Assembly: GCA_051748045.1 (NCBI GenBank)
Contig: JBNJGY010000002.1
Coordinates: 23,498-87,497, forward strand
Source of the DNA: Thermotogota bacterium
GTDB taxonomy: Bacteria > Thermotogota > Thermotogae > Petrotogales > Petrotogaceae
Direction: 5' to 3'
Length of the DNA: 64,000 nt
The position numbers and the translations under genes are program-made. Of this stretch, positions 41,146-50,612 are shown one piece after another (positions within the stretch are counted from its first letter, which is position 1; each line of letters starts with the position of its first letter). Under the pieces are notes generated by a model. The model was not told the DNA's origin. It ran no database searches and saw nothing but the letters and a program-made list of their open reading frames with translations.

Positions 41146-42869
41146 AAATGAGAATTTCTTTAGCTCAGATGAATGCGAGAGTTGGGGATTACAAATACAA
41201 TTATGATAAAATAATTTATTTTATCGAAAAAGCAATAAAAGAAAATTCGGATATTGTTTTGTTTCCTGAATTAACTCTAAACGGATATCCACCTGAGGAT
41301 TTGATTTTAAAAACTCAATTTTTAAGAGAATCAAAGGAATATACAAAGAAAATAATAAATTATTCAAGAGATAAAGACATAACAATAATCTTTGGGGCTG
41401 TTGATTGGGATATTGAATCATATAATAGCGCTTATGTTGTTTATGATGGGAAGGTAATAACAGATTACAGAAAAATGTTTTTACCTAATTATTCAGTGTT
41501 TGATGAAAAAAGGTATTTTACCAACGGAAAAGATGTAGAGATTTTCCAGATAGATGATGTTAAATTAGGTGTGAATATCTGTGAAGATATATGGGTTCCT
41601 AATGGTCCTGCACTTGCTTTAGCTCAAAATGGAGTGAATGTTATATTAAATTTATCTGCATCGCCTTATCATAAAAATAAAAATATTAGCAAATTAGAAA
41701 TGCTTAAAACAAGAGCATCAGAATTATCTAGTTGGCTAATATATACAAATCATGTTGGAGGGCAAGATGAAGTAGTTTTTGATGGTGGAAGTGTTATTAT
41801 CAATCCATATGGTGAGGTAAAATTAAAAGCTCCTTTGTTTGAAGAAGGTTTATATACAGCAGATATAGATCCTTATGAGACTACTAGAGCAAATTTAAGA
41901 GAAGGAAAAAGAAAACATTATAGTCACAATAATTATACAACAAATAAAATACATAAAATGGAATATAATAAAAAAAATAATAGAAGGAAAATAGAAAAAG
42001 TTGATAATTATTGGTTTGAAGAAATAGAACAAACTTACAATGCTATAAAATTAGGGTTAACTGATTATTTACAAAAAAATAATTTTGAAAAAGTTTGTTT
42101 TGGATTAAGTGGGGGTATTGATTCTGCATTAATTGCTGCAATTGCTTCTGATGCTTTAGGAAAAGAAAATGTTTTAGGTATAATGATGCCTTCAATGTAC
42201 TCATCCAAAGGAAGTGTAAATGATTCAATTAAATTGGCCAAAAATTACGGTTTTAAAACTGTAGAAATCCCTATTAAAGATATTTTTGATAATTTTTCAT
42301 CAAACTTAAAAAATGTAATGTCTGAAATAAAAAGCTTAACACAAGAAAACATTCAAGCAAGATTAAGAGGAACTATAGTTATGAGTTTTTCGAATAATTA
42401 TGGTTATTTAGCTCTTGCAACAAGTAATAAAAGTGAATCAGCTGTGGGTTATTCTACTTTATACGGAGACATGGTTGGGGGATTTTCACCTATAAAAGAT
42501 TTATATAAAACTGAAGTATATAAAATGGCAAACTTCATAAACAAGAAAAACGGATATGATATAATTCCAAGGGAAATTATTGACAAAGCTCCATCTGCGG
42601 AATTAAAACCAGATCAAAAAGACCAAGATAGCTTGCCTGAATATGATCTTTTAGATAGAATATTGTTTAATTACATCGATAGAGAAATGTCTTTTGATGA
42701 ATTAATTGAAGATTTTGATGAACCAATAGTTAGAGAAATAATAAAAAAGGTTGATATAAATGAATTTAAAAGAAGACAGTCAGCTCCTGGAATAAAATTA
42801 ACAGAAAGATCTTTTGGTAAGGATAGAAGAATGCCTATTACAAATGGGTTTAAAATTTGGATGAGATGA
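41142..42869 (+). CDS. nadE: Glutamine-dependent NAD+ synthetase
   Basis: Nitrilase domain (FPEL, RKMFLPNY, ICEDIW) plus GLSGGIDS, ENIQARLR, PSAELK. Confidence 0.96.
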   Translation: MKMRISLAQMNARVGDYKYNYDKIIYFIEKAIKENSDIVLFPELTLNGYPPEDLILKTQFLRESKEYTKKIINYSRDKDITIIFGAVDWDIESYNSAYVVYDGKVITDYRKMFLPNYSVFDEKRYFTNGKDVEIFQIDDVKLGVNICEDIWVPNGPALALAQNGVNVILNLSASPYHKNKNISKLEMLKTRASELSSWLIYTNHVGGQDEVVFDGGSVIINPYGEVKLKAPLFEEGLYTADIDPYETTRANLREGKRKHYSHNNYTTNKIHKMEYNKKNNRRKIEKVDNYWFEEIEQTYNAIKLGLTDYLQKNNFEKVCFGLSGGIDSALIAAIASDALGKENVLGIMMPSMYSSKGSVNDSIKLAKNYGFKTVEIPIKDIFDNFSSNLKNVMSEIKSLTQENIQARLRGTIVMSFSNNYGYLALATSNKSESAVGYSTLYGDMVGGFSPIKDLYKTEVYKMANFINKKNGYDIIPREIIDKAPSAELKPDQKDQDSLPEYDLLDRILFNYIDREMSFDELIEDFDEPIVREIIKKVDINEFKRRQSAPGIKLTERSFGKDRRMPITNGFKIWMR

Positions 42870-42872
42870 GGT

Positions 42873-43595
42873 ATGGCAATGGATAAAATAGATAAAAAAG
42901 AAAAATTATTTACTTTTCAAAATTTTGCTATAATATTATCATTAATGGCTTTTATATATCTTATTGCCTTTTTCTTGTGGAATACCTATGAACAAACTCT
43001 TAGAAATCAATATTATCATCCTTATATAAAAATTAACGATAGTAATTACATAAGGTTAAAAAGTACAGAGTATGAAGATAAAAATACTTCTATCTCAATT
43101 GAAAAAACAAATTTGGAATACCGATATATTTTTAAATCTGATAAAGGGCAGACAACAATAAAAACTTTTGATCCAAGATTCTATTTTTATGAAAATCAAT
43201 ATTTTTCAGCTTTAGGTTATCCTTCTTATGATTTTAGGGGGATGGAGTTTTCAATTTTATTTAAAGATGGTGAAGAAATAAAATATGTTGTAGTGCCTAA
43301 TGAGAAAATTTTAGACGAGATTGAAGAAATAACAAATAACCTTTTAAATCAAAATATTATTTTAATTAACAAAGTTTTAAAAGAAAATAATTATGTTGAA
43401 AATAAAGATAATATAATTAGTATAAAAAAAGGGAATATATCTTTCAATATAGAGAAAAAAGAAATAAAAAAAATTACTAGCTCAGATAATTATGATTATT
43501 TTTATACTTTACTTGTAGATGGCTTTGAAAAGATATACATTGTTCCAAAAAATGAAAAACATAATTTGATAGAATTGATAATCATAAAAAAATAA
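42873..43595 (+). CDS. Hypothetical protein with N-terminal membrane anchor
   Basis: RBS GAGGT, single TM helix, followed by a terminator. Confidence 0.6.
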   Translation: MAMDKIDKKEKLFTFQNFAIILSLMAFIYLIAFFLWNTYEQTLRNQYYHPYIKINDSNYIRLKSTEYEDKNTSISIEKTNLEYRYIFKSDKGQTTIKTFDPRFYFYENQYFSALGYPSYDFRGMEFSILFKDGEEIKYVVVPNEKILDEIEEITNNLLNQNIILINKVLKENNYVENKDNIISIKKGNISFNIEKKEIKKITSSDNYDYFYTLLVDGFEKIYIVPKNEKHNLIELIIIKK

Positions 43596-43619
43596 CTGCT
43601 TAAACGCAGTTATTTTTTT
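43586..43619 (+). terminator. Intrinsic terminator
   Basis: AAAAAATAACTGC-TTAAAC-GCAGTTATTTTTTT. Confidence 0.75.
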
Positions 43620-43699
43620 AATTCCTATGATTAATACAGAAATATTATGAAAATGATTAAAGGTTTAACATAAACTTGGGAAACCACAAGTATTTATGT

Positions 43700-43728
43700 T
43701 TGAATTTAAATAATTGAAAATGTAGAAT
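43700..43728 (+). promoter_or_regulatory. Sigma70-type promoter of the aminotransferase operon
   Basis: TTGAAT-17 nt-TAGAAT. Confidence 0.5.
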
Positions 43729-43775
43729 ATTATAGTGAAAAAAATTTCAAGAAAAAAATTTCAAGGAGGTATTAT

Positions 43776-44927
43776 ATGAATTTATCAGAAAAAATAAAAT
43801 CCGTAGAACCATCAATAACATTAGCATTAAATGCAAAGGCAATAGAATTAGAACAAAAAGGTGAAGACATAATAAAACTAACTGCAGGAGAACCGGATTT
43901 CAATACACCTGAAGAAATAGTAGAAGCTGCTTATACTGCATTGAAGGAAGGAAAAACAAAATATACTGCATCAAGTGGAATAATAGAATTGAGAGAAAAG
44001 ATAGCAAAATATATTTCAAAAAGGACAAATAATGAATATGGACCTAAAAATGTTGTTGCAACAAACGGAGGTAAACAAGCACTTTTTAATGTACTTATGG
44101 CTATAACTAATCCTGGAGATGAAATAATGGTTTTAGACCCATCATGGGTTAGTTATGAAGCTCAAATAAAAATGACAGGAGGAGAACCAGTTCATGTTCC
44201 ACTTGATTTTGAAAATGGATTCCAACCAGATAAAAATAAAATAGAAAGATATATAACTCCAAGGACAAAAGCAATTTTAATAAATTCTCCTAACAATCCA
44301 ACTGGAATGATATATAGCAAAGAAGCATTAAAAGATATCGCTGATATTGCAAAAGCAAATGAATTATTAGTTATAAGTGATGAAGTCTATGAACTTTTGG
44401 TATATGATGGAACACATTATTCAATCTCTTCATTTGAAGGAATGAAAGAAAGAACAGTTATAATAAATGCTTTTTCTAAAACTTGGGCTATGACAGGTTG
44501 GAGAATTGGTTATGCAGTGGGGCCCGAAGAATTAATGTCACAAATAGGCAAAATACAATCACACTCTACATCAAATGTTTCTACTCCAACTCAATATGCA
44601 GCGTTAAAAGCTTTTGATGTTGATGTTTACCCTATGTTCCAAGAGTTTAAAAAGAGAAGAGATTATGTAGCAAGTAGACTAGATAAAATGACTCTTAAAT
44701 TCAATAAGCCTAAAGGAGCTTTTTATTTCTTTATATCGGTCGATGAATTTGGTTACAATGATAAAGAATTTGCTGAAAAATTATTATCAGATGTTGGACT
44801 GGCTGTAGTACCAGGATCTGGATTTTACAAAAAAGGATTCATAAGAATTTCTTTTGCAACCTCTCAAGAAAATTTAGAAAAAGCTTTAAATAGATTAGAA
44901 AAATTTATAGAAAAATTCAGAGGGTGA
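43776..44927 (+). CDS. aspC: Class I PLP-dependent (aspartate) aminotransferase
   Basis: GEPDFNTP, NSPNNPTG, SDEVY, FSKTWAMTGWRIG. Confidence 0.85.
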   Translation: MNLSEKIKSVEPSITLALNAKAIELEQKGEDIIKLTAGEPDFNTPEEIVEAAYTALKEGKTKYTASSGIIELREKIAKYISKRTNNEYGPKNVVATNGGKQALFNVLMAITNPGDEIMVLDPSWVSYEAQIKMTGGEPVHVPLDFENGFQPDKNKIERYITPRTKAILINSPNNPTGMIYSKEALKDIADIAKANELLVISDEVYELLVYDGTHYSISSFEGMKERTVIINAFSKTWAMTGWRIGYAVGPEELMSQIGKIQSHSTSNVSTPTQYAALKAFDVDVYPMFQEFKKRRDYVASRLDKMTLKFNKPKGAFYFFISVDEFGYNDKEFAEKLLSDVGLAVVPGSGFYKKGFIRISFATSQENLEKALNRLEKFIEKFRG

Positions 44928-44932
44928 TTTAA

Positions 44933-46288
44933 TTGAAATTTGATTTACTGGTTGCTGAAATTGGAAGTACCACTACAGTTGTTACTGCTTTTGATAATAT
45001 AACAACTAAAACTCCTAAAGTTATCGGCCAAGCTGAACATTATACTACTGTAAAAGAAGGCGATGTAACTATAGGAATTTTTAATGCTATAAAAAGGTTG
45101 GAAAACAAATTAAAAGAAAAAATAAAGTGGGAAAAGTTTATAGCTAGTTCATCAGCAGCTGGTGGGTTAAAAATAACAGTACATGGTTTAGTTTATGATA
45201 TGACAGTTAGAGCTGCGAGAGAAGCTGCTTTAGGAGCTGGCGGGGTTCTGAAATATGTCACTTCAGGTAAAATGAGAAAAAGACATTTAGATAATATACA
45301 AAAATTCGATCCTAAAATGATTCTTTTGGCTGGAGGAGTCGATTATGGAGAAGAAGATACAATACTTCATAATGCTGAACTAATATCTGATATGGATATA
45401 AATGTTCCGATTGTGTATGCTGGTAATTCTAATGTTGCAGAAGAAGCTAAAGAAATATTAGAAGAAAAAGGAAAACAGGTAATTATTACAGAAAATGTAT
45501 ATCCAAAGGTAGATCAATTAAATGTACAACCTGCGAGAAGAATAATCCAAGAGTTATTCTCAAAAAATATTATTCATGCACCTGGAATGGAAAAAATATA
45601 TGATATAGTAGATGAAGAAATAATTCCAACTCCTGGATCTGTAATGTTGACCTCTGAACTTTTAGCTGAGGAATATGATGATGTATTAGTAGTAGATATT
45701 GGTGGTGCTACAACAGATGTTGATTCAGTAACTGAAGGAGAACCAGAAATACAAAAAATACTTTTATCCCCAGAACCTGTAAGCAAAAGAACGGTTGAAG
45801 GAGATATGGGATTATTTGTAAATGCAGAAAATGTTTATGATATGTTGGATAAAAAAGAATTAGAAAATCAATTTCCAAATCATGATGAATTAATAAAAAA
45901 GATGAATCCCTATCCTGGAAATGAAGAAATGGAAAATTTTACAGCTCATATGGCTAGAAAGTGTTTTTCTGAGTCTATTATTAGGCATTCAGGTTCCATA
46001 AAATATTTATTTGGGCCAAATGGTAGACAAAAAATAGCCCAAGGAAAAGATTTAACAGCTATAAAATATATTTTTGGAACTGGTGGGATACTAACTCGAT
46101 CAAGACATAGAGATTTTATCATGAATTCAATAAAAGAATTAGATAGACCTAATAAATTAGTTCCTGGCAAAAAAGTTAAATTAGCTTATGACAAATACTA
46201 TATATTTGCTGCACTGGGAGTTTTATCCACAGTCGATAAACAAGCAGCAAAAAATATTTTACTTCAGGATATTGAATGGATAGACTAA
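44933..46288 (+). CDS. GlmL/MutL-like ATP-dependent reactivase for B12 aminomutases (OraF-like)
   Basis: AEIGSTTT, SSSAAGGL, AALGAG, LAGGVDYG, PTPG, VDIGGATTDVDS, KRTVEGDMG; TTG start. Confidence 0.85.
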   Translation: MKFDLLVAEIGSTTTVVTAFDNITTKTPKVIGQAEHYTTVKEGDVTIGIFNAIKRLENKLKEKIKWEKFIASSSAAGGLKITVHGLVYDMTVRAAREAALGAGGVLKYVTSGKMRKRHLDNIQKFDPKMILLAGGVDYGEEDTILHNAELISDMDINVPIVYAGNSNVAEEAKEILEEKGKQVIITENVYPKVDQLNVQPARRIIQELFSKNIIHAPGMEKIYDIVDEEIIPTPGSVMLTSELLAEEYDDVLVVDIGGATTDVDSVTEGEPEIQKILLSPEPVSKRTVEGDMGLFVNAENVYDMLDKKELENQFPNHDELIKKMNPYPGNEEMENFTAHMARKCFSESIIRHSGSIKYLFGPNGRQKIAQGKDLTAIKYIFGTGGILTRSRHRDFIMNSIKELDRPNKLVPGKKVKLAYDKYYIFAALGVLSTVDKQAAKNILLQDIEWID

Positions 46289-46290
46289 AG

Positions 46291-46317
46291 AAGAAGAGGC
46301 ATTCGCCTCTTCTTTTA
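46291..46317. terminator. Bidirectional terminator
   Basis: AAGAAGAGGC-ATTC-GCCTCTTCTT between convergent genes. Confidence 0.8.
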
Positions 46318-47166
46318 TTTTAATAATTCATTTAATTTTTTAATTTCATTTTTGTGAGTATCATCATCACCAGGTGTTTCCAGTATAAAAGGAATTTCTT
46401 TCAGCTTTTGATTATTTATTATATTTCTGATACCTTTTTCACCAATATAACCTTTCCCTATATTGGCGTGTCTATCTTTTCCTTCATTTAATTTTGACTT
46501 TGAATCGTTTAAATGAATAAATTTTAAATTATTATAACCAAAATTATCATCCATTTTTTTTAAAAGAATATCTACATCTTCTTCATTTCTCAAATCATAA
46601 TTACTATCAAACCCATGACAAGTATCGTAAACAAAACTTAAGTATTCGTTATGTTTATAACTCTCGAAAATTTTTCCAATTTGTTCTAATTTATATCCAA
46701 AATTATTTCCTTTTTCAGAAGAGTTTTCAAGGCAAATATTTAGATTCAAATCTACAGAATTATAAACTTCGTTTAATGCTTCAACAATTCTATTTAATGC
46801 ATAATCTTCGCCTTTGCCTAAATGAGAACCACAATGTATATTATAATGTTTAATTCCTAATTTTTGGACTGCATTTATTTCTTCTACCATGCTTTTAATA
46901 GATTTTTCCCAAGTATCTTCTTTTGGTGAGGCTAAATTAATTAAATAATTAGAATGAACTAATATTTTATCCATAGATATAGAGTATCTTTTCATATTTT
47001 TTTTAAAAGTGTTTACCGTACTATTGTCAATATTTGGAGATTTCCATGTTCTTGGGGATTTAACGAAAATTTGAAAAGTATTTCCATTAATATTTGAAAT
47101 TGCCTCTGGTACATTTTCAATACCATTAGATATTTTCATATGTGCTCCAAAATAAATAATCATCAT
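46315..47166 (-). CDS. nfo: Endonuclease IV
   Basis: GAHM, HSNYLINL, HCGSH, DTCH, HLNDSK, DRH, ILETP. Confidence 0.95.
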   Translation of the reverse strand: MMIIYFGAHMKISNGIENVPEAISNINGNTFQIFVKSPRTWKSPNIDNSTVNTFKKNMKRYSISMDKILVHSNYLINLASPKEDTWEKSIKSMVEEINAVQKLGIKHYNIHCGSHLGKGEDYALNRIVEALNEVYNSVDLNLNICLENSSEKGNNFGYKLEQIGKIFESYKHNEYLSFVYDTCHGFDSNYDLRNEEDVDILLKKMDDNFGYNNLKFIHLNDSKSKLNEGKDRHANIGKGYIGEKGIRNIINNQKLKEIPFILETPGDDDTHKNEIKKLNELLK

Positions 47167-47178
47167 CTCCTTTTATAT

Positions 47179-47208
47179 AAAAAAACTCCAGTATATATAC
47201 TGGAGTTT
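47179..47208 (-). terminator. Terminator of the tRNA-Glu/Val/Phe operon
   Basis: Minus strand AAACTCCAGTAT-AT-ATACTGGAGTTT then T run. Confidence 0.8.
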
Positions 47209-47209
47209 G

Positions 47210-47285
<76 letters not shown>

Positions 47286-47298
47286 ATAAATAAAAAAA

Positions 47299-47373
47299 TG
47301 GTGGGCGCTGCAGGGATTGAACCTACGACCCTCTGCTTGTAAGGCAGATGCTCTCCCGCTGAGCTAAGCGCCC
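47299..47373 (-). tRNA. tRNA-Val(TAC)
   Basis: GGGCGCT..., anticodon arm TCTGC-CTTACAA-GCAGA, encoded CCA. Confidence 0.96.
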
Positions 47374-47385
47374 ACTTTTAAGTGG

Positions 47386-47461
47386 TGGCGCCCCCAACCA
47401 GATTCGAACTGGTGTCTTTGGCGTGAAAGGCCAATGTCCTAGGCCTCTAGACGATGGGGGC
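47386..47461 (-). tRNA. tRNA-Glu(TTC)
   Basis: GCCCCCA..., anticodon arm TTGGC-CTTTCAC-GCCAA, encoded CCA. Confidence 0.96.
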
Positions 47462-47482
47462 ATCAGTTGATAACCGAAGTAA

Positions 47483-47511
47483 ATAATACCATAGATTATC
47501 TCAGCTGTCAA
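47483..47511 (-). promoter_or_regulatory. Sigma70 promoter of the tRNA operon
   Basis: TTGACA-17 nt-TATTAT with extended -10 TG. Confidence 0.8.
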
Positions 47512-47545
47512 GCAGTTCATATTATATTAATTAAAATAATATAAT

Positions 47546-48433
47546 TTAGTAAATTAACTCTCTAGCATTTTTTAAGTCTTTATTCATTGCTTCTATTAAC
47601 TTTTTCTCATCATCAAATTTAACTTCATCTCTCATAAAATCTAAAATTTCAATTTTCACATGTTTATTATATATATCTTGATCAAAATCTAAAAAGAATA
47701 CTTCAACTTTTGGGATTTTTTTATTTTCAAAATAAGTTGGTCTTACTCCAACATTCATCAATCCCCAATATTTTTTATCCATACTTTCTATTTTTCCTTT
47801 AACTAGATAAACACCATATTTCGGGAAAATTATATCTTCTTTATATCTAATATCAATATTTGCAGTAGGGAATCCTAATTTTTTACCTATGTGTCTATCT
47901 TCATACACAGGACCTTCTAAAGTCCAAGTTTTTTCAAGCATCTTGTTAGTAAGTTGAATATCTCCTTTTTTAATAGCGTTTCTAATCATCGTAGAACTAA
48001 TTCTACTACCTTTATTTTTTAAATCGTGTAAAATATTAACATTTATCCCGTATTCATTAGCATGCTTTAATAAAAATGAAGTATTTCCGACAGCACCTCT
48101 TCCAAATTTAAAATCTTCTCCACATACAATAGATTTTACGTTTCTTTTTTTTAAAATCTCTAAATAATCATAATGAGTTATGTTCCAAACGTTCTCCATA
48201 TCTATAATTTCTACTTCTATGCCTAGTTTTTTTATAAAGTTTTTTCTTTCCCAAGAAGGATAGATTAATCCTTTAAAACCATTTACATATTGACTTATAG
48301 GGTATCTTAACATAATAGAGAGAGGTTTTAAATTATTCTTTTTTGCATTTTCTATATTTTTATTTAGTATGTATTTATGTCCCTTGTGAACTCCATCAAA
48401 AGTTCCGACAGCTACAGAATACAATTTTTTCAC
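47546..48433 (-). CDS. ribF: Bifunctional riboflavin kinase/FAD synthetase
   Basis: GTFDGVHKGH, GEDFKFG, ISSTMIR, LGFPTAN, NVGVRPT. Confidence 0.95.
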   Translation of the reverse strand: MKKLYSVAVGTFDGVHKGHKYILNKNIENAKKNNLKPLSIMLRYPISQYVNGFKGLIYPSWERKNFIKKLGIEVEIIDMENVWNITHYDYLEILKKRNVKSIVCGEDFKFGRGAVGNTSFLLKHANEYGINVNILHDLKNKGSRISSTMIRNAIKKGDIQLTNKMLEKTWTLEGPVYEDRHIGKKLGFPTANIDIRYKEDIIFPKYGVYLVKGKIESMDKKYWGLMNVGVRPTYFENKKIPKVEVFFLDFDQDIYNKHVKIEILDFMRDEVKFDDEKKLIEAMNKDLKNARELIY

Positions 48434-49365
48434 CTCTGGTTAAAAATCTTATACAGTTTTGCAACTCTTTCAAAACTCTCACTATTTTTTTTCAAAAGAG
48501 TATTCATATATTTTGAAGTTCTTTCAGTTTTAGCAAATCCAATAAACTTATCTTCTTCATTAAAAATTTTTATAAATTCACCCTTTTTGAAGTTGTACTT
48601 TGTATCCATTATATTATTAATATAAACATGAATTCCATTTTCAATTTTATAACCATATTTAACTTTTATTTCAGGCATTTCTAAATAATCAGTTGGATCT
48701 AATAACTTATCATAACTAATATTTTCTGGTTTAATAGATTTTTTTAATTCGAATTTTTCAATTGCGGTTCTTTTTAGTTTTTTAGTTACAGCACCGCAGC
48801 CAAGATTATACCCTATATCCATAATTAAACTCCTTATGTAGGTTCCTGAAGAAACTTCTACATCAAATTCGAAAGTTTGGTTATCAATATTAATGTTTTC
48901 TATTTTTTTTATATGAACTTCTTTTGGAGGTAAATTAATGATTTTACCTTGTCTTGCATATTCATACAATCTCTTACCCTTGTATCTTCTGGCGGAATAT
49001 GCGGGTGGAATTTGTTGGGAATAACCTACGAAACTATTTATTGTTTTGAAAAGTAAATTTTTTTGATTTTCAGTTACAATATTTTTTTCTTTTATGGTTC
49101 CAGTCATATCGTATGTATCTGTTATGATACCAAGCTCTGCTATTACATGGTATGTTTTATATGAATTTTGAAAAAACTCAATGAATTTAGTACCTTGATT
49201 AACTGCTAAAACCATAACTCCTTCTGCAAACGGATCTAATGTTCCTGTGTGACCTATTTTTTTTGTTTGAAGCTCTTTTCTTGCTATATCAACTAAATCA
49301 TGTGATGTAATATTCTTGGGTTTCTCAATATTCAAAAAACCTGATTTATTCATCAGTTTTATCAT
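48430..49365 (-). CDS. truB: tRNA pseudouridine(55) synthase
   Basis: TSHD, GHTGTLDPFAEG, QIPPAYSA, SGTYIRSL. Confidence 0.96.
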   Translation of the reverse strand: MIKLMNKSGFLNIEKPKNITSHDLVDIARKELQTKKIGHTGTLDPFAEGVMVLAVNQGTKFIEFFQNSYKTYHVIAELGIITDTYDMTGTIKEKNIVTENQKNLLFKTINSFVGYSQQIPPAYSARRYKGKRLYEYARQGKIINLPPKEVHIKKIENINIDNQTFEFDVEVSSGTYIRSLIMDIGYNLGCGAVTKKLKRTAIEKFELKKSIKPENISYDKLLDPTDYLEMPEIKVKYGYKIENGIHVYINNIMDTKYNFKKGEFIKIFNEEDKFIGFAKTERTSKYMNTLLKKNSESFERVAKLYKIFNQR

Positions 49366-49726
49366 CCTTGTTATCCTCTTCTTGTTGACTATATTCTACT
49401 TTATCAAGCAATTCATGTACTTTAACACTGGCTTGAAGACCTTTGTCAATATGGAACCTTACTTCAGGTACTTTAAACATTCTAATATTTTCAGCTATCA
49501 CTTTTCTGAAGAAACCTTGAGCTTTATTTAATTTTTTTACAATTTTTTCAATATCTCCATCAAGAGCTGAAACATAAACATCTACATAAGATTTATCTTT
49601 TGCTAACTTAACATGATTTGTGTTAATCATATGACCACGTACTTCAGGATCTCTTAAGGAGTAATATGATTTATTGAATAATTTCATAATTTCTGATTCG
49701 ATCATTTTTTTTCTGAACTCAGACAT
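49346..49726 (-). CDS. rbfA: Ribosome-binding factor A
   Basis: LRDPEV, VKLAKDKSYVDVYVS, LNKAQGFFR, VPEVRFHID; upstream of truB. Confidence 0.88.
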   Translation of the reverse strand: MSEFRKKMIESEIMKLFNKSYYSLRDPEVRGHMINTNHVKLAKDKSYVDVYVSALDGDIEKIVKKLNKAQGFFRKVIAENIRMFKVPEVRFHIDKGLQASVKVHELLDKVEYSQQEEDNKDDKTDE

Positions 49727-50612
49727 TTTCATCTACCTCCATATCATCTACTATTCCGTCTATATTCATAAATTCCTCTGATTCATCAATTTTTTTCTTC
49801 AAAGCTTCTACATAATTAAAATACTTCTTAGGATTTAATCCGAGGTTATTCCAAGAATTCGTATCAGGAACTTCTATTCCAAAATTCCCAGAATATCCAT
49901 AATAAAGGGTATTTGTTGTGATGTTTGCTATATGAATAATTTGAACTATCATTTTCGAGTTATCGTCAGTTAAATTATCTACTGAGTCATGAAACCCTGC
50001 AGAATTAATAATTAAATCAGATAATCCCCATTGTTTAAATAGTAATTTTCCTATAGATTCATGTGAATAAGATTCCAATAGTTCTTCAGCTTTTTTAAAA
50101 CTTATTTTTTTGTGATTGGCGACTTTTATAATCATTTCGAAAGATTCTGGCATAATATTAGACATTGCAATTTTCCCTAAATCATGTAACAAACCAGCTA
50201 AAAATGCTTCTTCTCTTTCTGGAAAATTAATAGTTTTAGCCAATAATTCTGCACCTATAGCTGTTGCCATGAGATGAGTCCAAAATTTTTTTGTGTTGAA
50301 AAAATCATATTCATTCCTAAAAAAGTTTTTAACAGTGAATATGCTCATTGCTAGATTTCTAACAGTTTTAAATCCTAATATATTAATTGCTTGAGATAAT
50401 TTTGTTATTTTTCTAGGTAATGCATAATATGCTGAATTAGACAGCTTTAAAATTTTTGCACTAAGAGATGGGGATTCCAAAACAGCTGCATTCAAGTCTT
50501 TTACACTCGAGTTAGGATCAGAAGCAATATTTATAATTCTTTGGACTATAAAATCTGGTGTTGGTAATTCTTCAATTTTTTTTGATATAACTGAAATTGA
50601 AACTTTACTCAT
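49719..50612 (-). CDS. HDOD-domain protein
   Basis: LPTP, PSLSAKILKLSNSAYY, AINILG, FW, AGLLHDLGK. Confidence 0.9.
   Translation of the reverse strand: MSKVSISVISKKIEELPTPDFIVQRIINIASDPNSSVKDLNAAVLESPSLSAKILKLSNSAYYALPRKITKLSQAINILGFKTVRNLAMSIFTVKNFFRNEYDFFNTKKFWTHLMATAIGAELLAKTINFPEREEAFLAGLLHDLGKIAMSNIMPESFEMIIKVANHKKISFKKAEELLESYSHESIGKLLFKQWGLSDLIINSAGFHDSVDNLTDDNSKMIVQIIHIANITTNTLYYGYSGNFGIEVPDTNSWNNLGLNPKKYFNYVEALKKKIDESEEFMNIDGIVDDMEVDENV

Noticed and set aside
46223-46231. Perfect DnaA box TTATCCACA
   Set aside because: It is an isolated copy inside a CDS, with no cluster or oriC context
47383-47388. tRNA-Glu gene ends in CCACCA
   Set aside because: The second CCA is spacer sequence expected to be trimmed; three bases can match by chance
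47323-47520. 65-aa minus-strand ORF
   Set aside because: It overlaps tRNA-Glu and tRNA-Val
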